Part shown: positions 38,613 to 48,472 of the stretch, piece by piece
How positions within the stretch are numbered: the first letter of the stretch is position 1
How the letters are laid out: every line of letters starts with the position of its first letter
From: an uncultured delta proteobacterium
GTDB lineage: Bacteria > Myxococcota_A > Polyangia > Polyangiales > Polyangiaceae
Length of the DNA stretch: 64,000 bases
NCBI GenBank assembly: GCA_963696385.1
Contig: CAVOKF010000005.1
Coordinates: 1,465,290-1,529,289 of the forward strand
Direction of reading: 5' to 3'
Made by a program: the position numbers and the translations under genes
The notes under the pieces: generated by a model
Databases searched by the model: none
The model's input: the letters and a program-made list of their open reading frames with translations, nothing else
Told to the model about the DNA's origin: nothing

Positions 38613-39491
38613 ATGACGGATCCCCTTCACGACAGTGTCGCGAAAGCGCGAGAGGAGTTCTTGGCGACCGTCGAGGGGATTCGCGCCGAATTGCACAGGT
38701 ACTGCGCACGCGTTACGGGCTCTGTCATCGAGGGCGAGGACATCGTCCAGGAGACCCTGGCTCGAGCGTTTTATACGCTGAGTCTGAACTCGAGCCGCCT
38801 GCCTCTCCGGCCGTGGCTGTTTCGGATTGCGCACCATGCCGCGCTGGATTTTCTGAAGAGCCACGGTCGCCGGTACACCGAAACGCGCGCCGAGATGTCC
38901 GAGATCGCGGCCGCCGACGACGCCCCCGACCCGGAGGCGGTGCGTGCAGCGCTGATCCGTTTCGTCGCGATCCCTCTCAGCCAGCGGAGCGCTGTGATTC
39001 TAAAAGACGTGCTCGGCCATTCGCTCGAAGAAACCGCTGAAACGATGGGGACAACCGTCATGGCCGTCAAAGCCGCACTCGTCCGAGGCCGCAGGAATCT
39101 TCGCGACACGGAGGCGAGACCCGCCGTCGCGGACGCGACCCTTCGCGCCGAGCTCGCACGCTATGCGCGCCTGTTCAACGCGCGCGATTGGGACGGACTT
39201 CGGTCCATGGTGAGCGAGGACTGTCGGCTCGATCTCGTCTCCAAGGCCCAACGCCGCGGAAAAGAAGTGGGCATGTATTTCTCGCGCTATGCGAATGAAG
39301 ACATCTCGCTTCGAGTCGTGCGTTTGGAAGGACACCTCGTTCTCGGCGCCCACGCCGCCGGTTCGCCCGAAGCGACGTATTTCATTCTACTCGAGTGGGA
39401 GGAAGGTCGGGTGAAGTCGATACGCGACTACCGCTATGTACCGTACATCGCGCGCGATGCGGACGTTGTCCCTGCGGCGCCTTCCGAATGA
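38613..39491 (+). CDS. ECF sigma-70 factor with C-terminal SnoaL-like domain
   Basis: LHRYCARVTGS..EDIVQET, WLFRIAH, QRSAVILKDVLG..EETA, FNARDWD. Confidence 0.88.
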   Translation: MTDPLHDSVAKAREEFLATVEGIRAELHRYCARVTGSVIEGEDIVQETLARAFYTLSLNSSRLPLRPWLFRIAHHAALDFLKSHGRRYTETRAEMSEIAAADDAPDPEAVRAALIRFVAIPLSQRSAVILKDVLGHSLEETAETMGTTVMAVKAALVRGRRNLRDTEARPAVADATLRAELARYARLFNARDWDGLRSMVSEDCRLDLVSKAQRRGKEVGMYFSRYANEDISLRVVRLEGHLVLGAHAAGSPEATYFILLEWEEGRVKSIRDYRYVPYIARDADVVPAAPSE

Positions 39492-39567
39492 GGGTGAGGC
39501 GGCGAGGAGACGACCCCTTTGACATGGAGAGCGCGCCATGGAAAGCGAGCGCGCCGGAAGGAACACC

Positions 39568-39975
39568 GTGACCACCGAACTGCACTACCTTTTGCTCACC
39601 GCCATTCTCACGGGTGCGCTGTGGATCCCCGTCGTGAGCGGCTACGTATCGGCCCGTGGTCCATTGAAGCCCGCAGACTACAAGGTCGCCCCGACCTCGC
39701 CTCTGCCCCCGTGGGTGCATCGCGCCAACCGAGCTCACTTGAACGGGGTGGAGAGTTTCGCCCCGTTCGCCTCGGCGGTGCTGATTGGACACGCCGCGGG
39801 TATATCCAACTCGGTGACCGTGGTCTCGACGATCGTCTTTTTTTGGGCAAGACTGTCGCACGCGGTGATCCATGTCACGGGCTTTTCGATGTTCCGTGCG
39901 CGCACTCTCGTGTTCACCGTAGGCTGGTCCGCGTTCATGACGTTCGCCGTCGATCTTCTTTGGAGCGGCGTCTGA
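39568..39975 (+). CDS. MAPEG family membrane protein
   Basis: RANRAHLNGVESFAPF, FFWARLSH; start 39538 or 39568. Confidence 0.82.
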   Translation: MTTELHYLLLTAILTGALWIPVVSGYVSARGPLKPADYKVAPTSPLPPWVHRANRAHLNGVESFAPFASAVLIGHAAGISNSVTVVSTIVFFWARLSHAVIHVTGFSMFRARTLVFTVGWSAFMTFAVDLLWSGV

Positions 39976-40175
39976 GGTTGCCCGGTCCCGATGCCCGAAC
40001 GAGTGCCAAGCGAGAGGCGAAAAAAGGCATCGCGCGAGCCGACGGGACGGACGTGACGCACGCTCGCGTCGGACACCAGGTCGCCGGCCGGACTGCTCTG
40101 GTCCAGGCCGCTCCTCATCGCGCCCATGATCTCGGGTTGACTGCGGCGAGCGTGTGTCTTAGTTAACCAACTCAG

Positions 40176-40790
40176 ATGCGGCCCGCTCCGTACGCCTCCG
40201 CGGACAAGCGCGCCGAGCTCGTTGCCGCAGCCACGCGTCTCCTTCACGCGCAGGGCTTCCACCGTACGACACTGGCCCACGTCGCCGAATCGGCGAAGGT
40301 TCCCCTCGGAAACGTCTACTACTACTTCAAGACGAAGGACGCGCTCGCCGAAACGGTCATCACGGCACAAGAGCAGGCGCTCCGAGTACGCGTCGCGTCG
40401 TGGACGGGCGCCCACCGCGAGCCTCGGGCTCGCCTCCACTGCTTCGTCAGGGCACCTCTCGACTTCGCAGATGGCATCATCCAGTTCGGTTGCCCGCACG
40501 GCAGCCTTTGCCAGGAGCTCGAGAAGCTCGGCCCCGACGCGCCCCTCTCCCGCGCCGCGCAGCGCCTTTTGGCCGTCTACATCGATTGGGCCGAGGAGCA
40601 GTTCCGGGCCCACGGCGTCGCGCGACGCGAGGCGCGTGCCCTGGCTGCCGACCTCGTGGGCGCGGTCCAGGGGGCCATGCTGCTCGCCCACACCCTGCGT
40701 TCGAAAGAGTTGCTCACGCACCAGCTCCGCCGGATCGAGAAATGGCTCGACGGCGCGCTGGCCTCCAAACCCGCAAGGAGTCGTTCATGA
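40176..40790 (+). CDS. TetR/AcrR family regulator
   Basis: GFHRTTLAHVA..GNVYYYFKTK HTH; GCP motif. Confidence 0.92.
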   Translation: MRPAPYASADKRAELVAAATRLLHAQGFHRTTLAHVAESAKVPLGNVYYYFKTKDALAETVITAQEQALRVRVASWTGAHREPRARLHCFVRAPLDFADGIIQFGCPHGSLCQELEKLGPDAPLSRAAQRLLAVYIDWAEEQFRAHGVARREARALAADLVGAVQGAMLLAHTLRSKELLTHQLRRIEKWLDGALASKPARSRS

Positions 40791-41458
40791 CCCAGGACCT
40801 TCACGCCACGCTTCTCAAGGACAGCATCGATACCTTCATGCAGGGCGTGGCCAAGCACGCTCCGCCCGAGGTCCTCGCGGGTCTCGGCGCCGAGATCAAG
40901 AAGCTCGCCGAGTCGGGGATCGCGCGCCAGGCGTTGCAGGTGGGCTCCAAGGCGCCGGACTTCACTCTGCCCGACGCGCACGGCAAGCCCGTGACCCTCT
41001 CGACGCTGCTCGCAAAGGGGCCGGCGGTCGTCACGTTCTACCGTGGCGGCTGGTGCCCGTTCTGCGATCTGCAGCTGCGCGCCTACCAGGGCGCGCTCGG
41101 CGCGATCCACGACCTGGGCGCGGAGCTCGTCGCCATCTCGCCTCAGACGCCCGATTACGCGCTCACCGACGTCGAAAAGAAGCAACTCACCTTTCCGGTC
41201 CTCACCGACAAGGGCAACCGCGTCGCGCGGGAGTTCAAGCTCGTCTTTGCCTTGAGCGACGAGCTCAAGAAGCTGCAGACCCACTTCGGCAGCGTTCTAC
41301 CGAAGTTCAACGGCGACGAGTCATGGGAGCTGCCGATGCCTGGAACGTTCGTGCTCGATCGACAGGGCGTCGTGGAGTTCGCGTCGGTCGACCCCAACTG
41401 GATGGTCCGGGTCGAGCCGGCCGCCATCCTGGAGGCCCTTCGGGCTGCACGCGCGTGA
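40787..41458 (+). CDS. Peroxiredoxin-like AhpC/TSA protein
   Basis: APDFTLPD, FYRGGWCPFC, LPMPGTFVLD; ATG overlaps TetR stop. Confidence 0.9.
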   Translation: MTQDLHATLLKDSIDTFMQGVAKHAPPEVLAGLGAEIKKLAESGIARQALQVGSKAPDFTLPDAHGKPVTLSTLLAKGPAVVTFYRGGWCPFCDLQLRAYQGALGAIHDLGAELVAISPQTPDYALTDVEKKQLTFPVLTDKGNRVAREFKLVFALSDELKKLQTHFGSVLPKFNGDESWELPMPGTFVLDRQGVVEFASVDPNWMVRVEPAAILEALRAARA

Positions 41459-42222
41459 GCGCGGGATTGCACCGCGGATCCGCGCTGTTCGCCGTCGTCG
41501 CCCTGGTCGCCGGTTGCTCGAAGCCGGACGTGGACTCGAAGGCTCCAGCCACGAGCGACGCCTCGTTCGGGCCGAGCGCGGCAACGTCCGCATCGACTGG
41601 CCCGTCTGCGGCCGCCGCGGCGCCTCATCTGAAGGATTATGCGGACCCCCCGTCCGACCGGGTCGGGACGCTCGCACCGGGCACCGGAATACCGGTCGGC
41701 CAGAAGGTGCCCGACGCCCACGCGCGCGACCTCAACGGCGACGACGTGTCCCTGTCGTCGCTCTACGGAAAGGGCCCCATCCTCCTCGCGTTCTACCGTG
41801 GCGGCTGGTGCCCGTATTGCAGCTCCGAAAACCACGCGTTGGCGACGGCATACCCCGAGTATCAGAAGCGAAACGTCACGCCTGTCACGGTCAGCGTCGA
41901 CACACCCGACGCCGAGGCGAAGACGAAGGCGACGTACGCCATCCCGTTCCCGGTGCTGAGCGACAGCGACGCGACGATGATCGCGGCGTTCCACGTCGTG
42001 AACAGAGTGGACGACGCCACGCTTGCGAAAATGAAGGGGTTCGGCGTGGATCTCGAGAGCTACTCAGGCAAGCCGCACCACGAGATCGCTATCCCCTCGC
42101 TCTTCCTGATCGATCGCAGCGGCGTCGTGCGCTGGGCGCACTCCGATCCCGACTACAAGGTCAGGCCAAGCACGGCGCAGATTCTCGCGGCGATCGACGC
42201 GGCGAAACTCGCGGAGAAATAA
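41455..42222 (+). CDS. Peroxiredoxin-like AhpC/TSA lipoprotein
   Basis: LVAGC lipobox; FYRGGWCPYC; GTG overlaps upstream stop. Confidence 0.85.
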   Translation: MSAGLHRGSALFAVVALVAGCSKPDVDSKAPATSDASFGPSAATSASTGPSAAAAAPHLKDYADPPSDRVGTLAPGTGIPVGQKVPDAHARDLNGDDVSLSSLYGKGPILLAFYRGGWCPYCSSENHALATAYPEYQKRNVTPVTVSVDTPDAEAKTKATYAIPFPVLSDSDATMIAAFHVVNRVDDATLAKMKGFGVDLESYSGKPHHEIAIPSLFLIDRSGVVRWAHSDPDYKVRPSTAQILAAIDAAKLAEK

Positions 42223-42408
42223 CCTGCCGCGTGTCGCGGCGATCAGAGCTTGGAACCTTTCGAGCTCGTCGCCTCGCAGCTCCTCGGACAGGCGCGCGCC
42301 CTCTCGGCGAAGTGAGCGCCGTGCGAGAGTAGCCCGACAGCCCCCGACGCAACGAGATCGCGGGGCTCGCGCCGGCCCTGCTGGCTCCTCGGCCAAGGGT
42401 TGCCACTC

Positions 42409-43446
42409 CTATCGGCGCCGCGACGCTGCGGCTAGCGCCGTCGTGCCGAACTCCCACATGTTGTCGGCGACGTTGATCGTGACCCCAGGCGGGACGATCT
42501 CGTCGATGCGGTCGAGCACCTCGCCGGACAGGGCGATCCCGTCGGCGGCAAGGTAGCCCTCGAGGTGGTCCATCGTGCGCGGACCGATGATCGCGGAGGT
42601 GACGGCCGGGTGGTGGATTGCGAACGCGACCGCCATCTGGACGAGCGTCAGCCCGGCCTCGTCCGCCAGCCCGCCGAGTGCGTCGGCGGCGTCGAGCTTC
42701 GCGGCGTTCGAGGGGTCGGTCGCGTCGTAGCGCGCTGGGAGGCGCTGCAAGCGTGCCGCGGAACCCGGCCCGCTGACCTTCCGGCCCTTGCGGTACTTGC
42801 CTGACAGCCACCCGCCGGCGAGCGGGCTGTAGGCCATGACACCCATTCCGTAGCGCTGGCAGGTCGGCAGCGTGTCGTATTCGATCGCCCGGGTGAGCAT
42901 GGAATAAGGGGGTTGTTCGGTTCGAACGCGGCCGTGGCCGCGGCGATCGGAAGCCCATTGAGCTTCGACGATCTGAGAGGCGGGGAGCTTCGACGTCCCG
43001 AAGTATCGGATCTTGCCGGCACGCACGAGGTCCGACAGGGCACCGAGGGTCTCGTCGATATCGGTGCTCGGATCGGGAACCCCCACCTGATAGAGGTCGA
43101 TCCAGTCGGTTCCGAGGCGGCGCAGCGAGCCCTCGACCCCTTCGACGATCCACCGCCGCGATGCTCCGCGGTGGTTGGGGTCCTTGTCGAACGGAGGGCC
43201 GAACTTGACGGCGAGGACCACGCTCGCGCGCCGTCCGCCCGTGAGAGCCTTGCCGATGATCTGTTCCGACTCGCCGGCGGAGTAGCCGTCGGCGGTGTCG
43301 ATGAAATTGATCCCAGCGTCCAGCGCTTTGTGGATGATCCGGACCGCGTCGTCGTGATCCGGGTTGCCGAACGCGCCGAACATCATCGCACCCAGGCACA
43401 TCTGGCTGACGGTGACGCCGGTGCGGCCGAGAGGTCGGTACTCCAC
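42409..43446 (-). CDS. Aldo/keto reductase
   Basis: LGRTG, IDTADGY, SLRRLGTDWIDLYQ, GKIRYFG, YSPLAGG. Confidence 0.93.
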   Translation of the reverse strand: MEYRPLGRTGVTVSQMCLGAMMFGAFGNPDHDDAVRIIHKALDAGINFIDTADGYSAGESEQIIGKALTGGRRASVVLAVKFGPPFDKDPNHRGASRRWIVEGVEGSLRRLGTDWIDLYQVGVPDPSTDIDETLGALSDLVRAGKIRYFGTSKLPASQIVEAQWASDRRGHGRVRTEQPPYSMLTRAIEYDTLPTCQRYGMGVMAYSPLAGGWLSGKYRKGRKVSGPGSAARLQRLPARYDATDPSNAAKLDAADALGGLADEAGLTLVQMAVAFAIHHPAVTSAIIGPRTMDHLEGYLAADGIALSGEVLDRIDEIVPPGVTINVADNMWEFGTTALAAASRRR

Positions 43447-43475
43447 GAAGGGTTCTCCTGGTTCTGAGGAAGTCG

Positions 43476-44216
43476 TCAGCTACGCGCCCATTGCAGCGCG
43501 TCCGCACCCGCCGGCAGGCGCATGGGGGACGACGGGTCGTTCACTGCGCGCCACACGGCCTCGGCGACGTCACTCGACCGAGTGATTGCGGTCGCCGTCT
43601 GCCAGCGTGCCATGATGCTCTGAGCGAGGTTCGCGTACGCCTCCGGAAAGCCATCCTTCATCCGCGCCCGCGCGTTGTTGCCGAACTGCGTGTCCGGAGC
43701 CCGCCCCGGGAGTACCAAACGCACGCGAATGCCGAAGGGCTCGAGCTCGAGCGCCAGCGACTCGGTGAAGGCGTTCACTGCGGCCTTGCTGGCCGTGTAG
43801 ACCGAGAGCAGCGGCAGCGAGCGCAGCGTCACGCTCGACGTGACGTTGACGATCACACCGGCCTTGCGTTGACGGAACTGAGGCAACACCGCCTGGGTCA
43901 CCGCCATCGTACCGAGGGTGTTGGTCTCGAACACCTCGCGCGCGTTGGCCATCGGTGTCCCTTCGAGTGCGTTCAGCCAGCCGATCCCAGCGTTGTTGAC
44001 CAACGCGTTGAGCGGCCCTGCAGCCTCCACGGCCTGACGGATACTGTTCGGATCGGTGACATCGAGCGCGAGTACGCGCAGCCGGTCGGAGCGGGGGAGC
44101 AACCCCTCTCGCGGCGTGCGCATCGTCGCAACGACGCTCCAGTCGTGCTTCAGGAAGTGCTGTGCGGTTTCGAGACCGAAACCGGACGAGCATCCGGTGA
44201 CCAAGATCGTTTTCAT
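43476..44216 (-). CDS. Short-chain dehydrogenase/reductase
   Basis: TGCSSGFG, NNAG, YTASK. Confidence 0.93.
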   Translation of the reverse strand: MKTILVTGCSSGFGLETAQHFLKHDWSVVATMRTPREGLLPRSDRLRVLALDVTDPNSIRQAVEAAGPLNALVNNAGIGWLNALEGTPMANAREVFETNTLGTMAVTQAVLPQFRQRKAGVIVNVTSSVTLRSLPLLSVYTASKAAVNAFTESLALELEPFGIRVRLVLPGRAPDTQFGNNARARMKDGFPEAYANLAQSIMARWQTATAITRSSDVAEAVWRAVNDPSSPMRLPAGADALQWARS

Positions 44217-44318
44217 GCGGAGCTCCTGTTGCCGGCGTTTCCAGCGCACCCAGACCGTAGGGCGCGCGAACCGGACGTGCTACCATCGGCAGTCCATATT
44301 TCATTGGCGTGAGTCCGA

Positions 44319-45251
44319 ATGGTCGACCCCCTCGCAGAAGTCGTCATGCTGCTCCAGCCGGGTGCTCCATTCTCGAAGCTCGTCAGCGCCCGAGGCCCGT
44401 GGCGCGTTCGCCGCTCGGAGGCCGGTGAGGTCTTCTACTGCCTGATCCTCGACGGTGTGTGCCGCCTCGCGGCCGCCGGACACAGGCCGATCGCGCTCCA
44501 GAAGGGGGACTTCGCGCTCGTGCCCTCGGCGTACGACTTCACGGCATCCAGCCTCGAGCTAGCTGCGGAGGACACCCCGCCCGTCGCGCGGCACAGCGGC
44601 GAATTCAGGCTCGGCGTTCAACGGGGTGAACCGGACGTTCGGATGCTGATCGGCCATTGCACCTTCGGTTCCCCGGACGCGGCCCTCCTGGTTTCGCTGC
44701 TCCCGCGACTCGTGCATCTTCGCGGCCAGCAAAGGCTCGGCACGCTGGTGGAGCTCCTACGAGAGGAGTCGCGGGAGCGGCGCCCCGCCCGTGACGTCAT
44801 CCTGGCCCGGCTGCTCGAGGTCCTCCTCATCGAAGCCCTGCGTTCGACCGCAGAGACCGGGGCTTCGTCGGGCCTCTTGGGAGGCCTGGCCGACGACCGG
44901 TTGGCCGTGGCCATACGACGAATGCACGAACGTCCGACCAAGCCGTGGACGGTCGCGCAGCTCGCGAAGGAGGCTGGGCTATCACGTTCCACCTTCTTCG
45001 AGCGCTTCAGCCGCGCCGTGGGCGTTGCCCCGATGGAGTACTTGCTCGGCTGGCGTATGGCCTTGGCGAAGGACCTATTGCGGCGCCGCGGCGTGACCGT
45101 CGGCGAAGTCGCCGAACACGTCGGCTACAGCTCAGCGAGCACCTTCAGCGTCGCATTCACGCGCCACGTCGGACTGCCGCCGAAGCACTACGCACGCAGC
45201 AAGCAGGCCGAATCGCCGAACCAGGCGCTATCAACGGGAAAAGGTGCCTAA
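44319..45251 (+). CDS. AraC family regulator (cupin + HTH), divergent from SDR/AKR
   Basis: WTVAQLAKEAGLSRS, VGYSSASTFSVAF. Confidence 0.92.
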   Translation: MVDPLAEVVMLLQPGAPFSKLVSARGPWRVRRSEAGEVFYCLILDGVCRLAAAGHRPIALQKGDFALVPSAYDFTASSLELAAEDTPPVARHSGEFRLGVQRGEPDVRMLIGHCTFGSPDAALLVSLLPRLVHLRGQQRLGTLVELLREESRERRPARDVILARLLEVLLIEALRSTAETGASSGLLGGLADDRLAVAIRRMHERPTKPWTVAQLAKEAGLSRSTFFERFSRAVGVAPMEYLLGWRMALAKDLLRRRGVTVGEVAEHVGYSSASTFSVAFTRHVGLPPKHYARSKQAESPNQALSTGKGA

Positions 45252-45375
45252 GACTGCAGGATGCGGCCTGGCTCGACCTCGAAGTGCGCTCGGACCAGTT
45301 CGCGCGCGACGGGCTGCCAAGGACCCAATATCCGGCGCGTTGGATCATGCCGCCAAGGCGCTCGCGTCAGCTTGC

Positions 45376-45500
45376 GTGCTCGTGCAGCGCGCCGGCCACG
45401 CGGATTTCGCGACGACGCAAATCTACTTAAGAGAGCCGGAAAACCTCACTCACGGCTTCGGCCAAGTGTTTCCGGAACTGCCAAAAAACCTGGACGAATC
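45376..45500 (+). pseudogene. C-terminal remnant of a tyrosine recombinase/integrase
   Basis: QRAGHADFATTQIYLRE matches box II xGHxxxxTTxxY; no upstream catalytic domain. Confidence 0.65.
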
Positions 45501-45565
45501 GTCCCGGGAATCGTCCCAAAGTGGGTCAATTTTGACGAAGTCGATGATATCATTCAACAAAGTAC

Positions 45566-45586
45566 GTGGCCCCTCCGGGGCTCGAA
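45566..45586 (-). other. tRNA 3'-end-like fragment, candidate att core
   Basis: Reverse complement TTCGAGCCCCGGAGGGGCCAC = T-loop, T-stem, acceptor 3' strand; lies just after integrase remnant. Confidence 0.6.
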
Positions 45587-45945
45587 ATCTCGTGGTCGCG
45601 CCCGATTTAGGCGATTCGCCGCGGATCGAACAGGTAGGCGTCGCGACCCCCGATCCGCCACCCCTACCTAACCCCGCGGATCCTGGTCGGCCCGACGGCC
45701 CGGACGATTGCGCAGACGATTGGATCGACGTCGTTCGGGTACGCGAGCTCGTCGCAGCCGCCGCCCGGTTGACGCCCACGGCAGGACCGGTGGCAGTGCT
45801 GCTCCGCGAGACGCTCAAGGCACTGGAACCGCGGGCTGGGGCACCAAGCCCATCGACCGCGGTTGCGCGTCAGGGGTAGCGACGGCGCGGTCTCGCCCCG
45901 GCCGCAGTCCCCCCCCCGATGAAAAATTCGCTACCCCAAATCGAT

Positions 45946-46076
45946 TGACGAAAATGACGAAACTCGACTTTCGCGCCTCTCACTGCGGCGACGTCGACAC
46001 CGCACTGCGAGCGGAGGGAGTCCCCCAAGGTGAAAATCGGGGCCCCCGTATCCCGTGACGAAAATGACGAAACTCG
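45946..46076. repeat. 21-bp perfect direct repeat TGACGAAAATGACGAAACTCG
   Basis: 45946-45966 and 46056-46076 (110-bp period). Confidence 0.9.
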
Positions 46077-46142
46077 GCGGGCCATCGTTGCTGCCGTTCC
46101 GCGTGTCGAACCAAGCAGTCCCGTCCTGCTCCGACTACTCAC

Positions 46143-46580
46143 CTACGCGTCGACAAGCCGTCGTTGGCGCCGCTTTGGGGCGCTCACGCTCGGCATCGTG
46201 TCCGGTCGTTCGAGTCCAACGCTGACCTCGAGTCCAAGCGCATGCGCCACCTTCGAAAGCGTCTCGAGACTCGGATTCTCGTCAGGGTTCTCGAGTTTAG
46301 CGATCTGTTGCTGGCTGACGCTGGCGAGCTTTCCGAGCTCAGTCTGCGACAGCCCTGAATCACGTCGCGCCCAACGGATCTGAAGCGCGGCGGCGAGACC
46401 GGGCCGGATGGTTACGTTCGCGACGGACACGCCCCGAGGCGCGCTGGTGTGCTCAACCGGCCGCGGCGGAACCTTCCCATCGACGAGATGAGCTTCAAGC
46501 CAGCCTTCGAGCGCCTCACGCGCCATCGCGGCGAGATCTTCGCCGTCCGAGAACGTCCGACACCCGTGTCGAGGAACCAC
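46143..46580 (-). pseudogene. HicB-like antitoxin with XRE HTH, 5'-truncated
   Basis: GCRTF..MAREALEGWL..PPRP and LSQTELGKLASVSQQQIAKLEN; N-terminus replaced by transposase fragment; no hicA. Confidence 0.72.
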
Positions 46581-46585
46581 CGGAA

Positions 46586-46850
46586 GACAGGTTGTAGTCG
46601 AGCTGCTCGCAGCGCTGCCGCTCGCGGCGCACCGTGTACAGCGCCATCAGCAGCATCGACTTGAGCAGCCGCTCCGGCGGGATCGAGGCCGGCTGAGCTC
46701 GGCGTACATGGCGTCGAATACCGGAGACAATCTCGCTAGCGCCTCGTCGGCCAGCTTCTTGATGGCCCGCAGCGGGTGGGTCTGTGGCACCCGCGTCTCC
46801 GGCGACATCAGCACCAACATCGACGATCGCTTCTTGTCTTCGCCTCGCAT
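46586..46850 (-). pseudogene. IS5-family transposase N-terminal fragment, frameshifted
   Basis: MRGED..SPETRVPQTHPLRAIK..FDAMYA + SIPPERLLKSMLLMALYTVR..LDYNL across two frames. Confidence 0.8.
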
Positions 46851-46916
46851 CGTGCGCAACAAGGTCGGTTTCATAGGGCATATGTCGATCCTCTCCAGCG
46901 CGCCTTCGGCAGCCCG

Positions 46917-47348
46917 CTAGATGTTCTCGTCTCGCATCGACGGCGTGAACGTGATCCCGAGGCGCAGTCCTTCCGGCGACAAGAACCGGCTGACGATCTG
47001 TCCCCACGGCTCCTTCTTGTTCTTCGCGAGCATCGATAGCCGCGCGCCGCGAGCGCCGTCGTCGCCCTCTCCACACGCTGTCGACGTCGAGCTCCAGCCA
47101 CCCTTGCGGCGCGGGAATCTCGGCGAGCCACGAGTCCTTGCCGAAGCAGGACTGCGCCGCTTGCGATAGCGGCCACAGGCGAACGTTTTCGCGCCCTCCA
47201 GCCCGTCCGTGTGAAGGTAGCCGCCGGTCTCCTCCTTGAAGCGGATACCGAGAGCCTCGCCGTAGAGCCGGCGACTCGCCACCGCATCACGAACGATCGG
47301 ACCGAACCCCGCGACGAACACAACTTTCACGTTTCCGAGCTCGTTCAT
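46917..47348 (-). pseudogene. VOC/glyoxalase-family protein with several small indels
   Basis: FVAGFGPIVRD..; alternative frame WPLSQAAQSCFG..WLELDVD; EPWGQIVSRFLSPEG. Confidence 0.72.
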
Positions 47349-47581
47349 GTCTTTCGTATTATGGAACGAGCCGGCTCCTGCGTCATGCGAGCTGGCGTTG
47401 GCTTGCCTCCGGCCTCATGACCGAAGGAGAAACCGAGCCAGACCGGTTTTTCAGCACCTGCTAGAAGCTACAAACGGCCCCTCCGATCTCGCGGCGGTCG
47501 GCATAGCCCCCATCCGGGCACATGCGTTCTGCTCGACGCCACGGCGTACCCTCATCGAGGGCTGTGGTACAGGTCCGAACG

Positions 47582-47776
47582 ATGGGTGAGCGACGGACCG
47601 CAGCCGAAATGTCTGGCGAGTTTCTGCGGGAGGCTGGCGTGCTTGTCGCGGTTCTCGGCATGCTCGAGAAGATCGTTTTGGGCGGCTGGCCCTCGCAGGG
47701 CTGGACGGCCGCCGTACTCGGTGCGGGCTTGTTTCTCGCAGTCCTTGGAGGCATCATTGAGCTGCGAAGGCGATGA
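47582..47776 (+). CDS. Small two-TM hypothetical protein
   Basis: Two hydrophobic segments; stop overlaps next ATG. Confidence 0.5.
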   Translation: MGERRTAAEMSGEFLREAGVLVAVLGMLEKIVLGGWPSQGWTAAVLGAGLFLAVLGGIIELRRR

Positions 47777-47913
47777 ACGTGGGCGAGTACACCTACCTCG
47801 TGGGTCTCATCATCATGGGATTGGTGGTCTTCGCCTTCGGCATGGCGGCGGCGGCACGCGAGCGCCGCGCCTATCGTCGCGATCATCGCGACCCGTCGGC
47901 GCGCGCGCTTTAA
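47773..47913 (+). CDS. 46-aa single-TM hypothetical protein
   Basis: MNVGEYTYLVGLIIMGLVVFAFGMAAAARERRAY..; ATGA overlap; below the ORF-track cutoff. Confidence 0.45.
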   Translation: MNVGEYTYLVGLIIMGLVVFAFGMAAAARERRAYRRDHRDPSARAL

Positions 47914-48472
47914 GTCATTGTCCAGAGCCACGCGCTCCGTCACTTGGGCAAGCGTCGAAGCCGGTGCCCGTCCGTCGTAACCCGGCAAGCCGACCTCTCG
48001 CGCCATTTGCTGTAAGGTCACAGAAAGCAAGCTCGCGCCCGGGAGATGCAGCTCGGCGGGCGAATCTCCGAGCTCGAAGCGCGTGCCGACGACCCTGAGT
48101 TTCAACGCGGTGCTTGACAACGTAGGGGTCAAACCCAACGCGCGGTAGCCTGCACCCGTCGCAGGCACTACCATCGCCGGCACGGGTGAGGGGGCCGGGG
48201 GAATGCGACCAGAGGGCGATCGATTACGAAGATCCATCGTAGGGCTCGCCATGGGCGAAACGCTCGGGATCCAACCGAACGCGCTTCAAGCGTCCGTTCC
48301 ATTCGGCCGCTCTGGGAAAGCGGTGTCACGATGTCGAGTCGTCCGCGAACTGCCTTCCGACAGCAACCGTAAGCCGATTCGCAGCGACGGCGTCCGCTCT
48401 GTCCGACACGTTCATGGGCGCAACTCCGACTCGGGCCGTCGGTTGGACCCTGAGCCCAAGACGACCGGAAGC

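Noticed and set aside
40222..41454. 666-aa ORF as a single fused protein
   Set aside because: The upstream part is an off-frame shadow of TetR and the first peroxiredoxin; the real gene starts at 41455 with a lipobox
45540..45660. Complete tRNA gene
   Set aside because: Only the T-loop to acceptor 3' strand is recognisable; no D or anticodon arm
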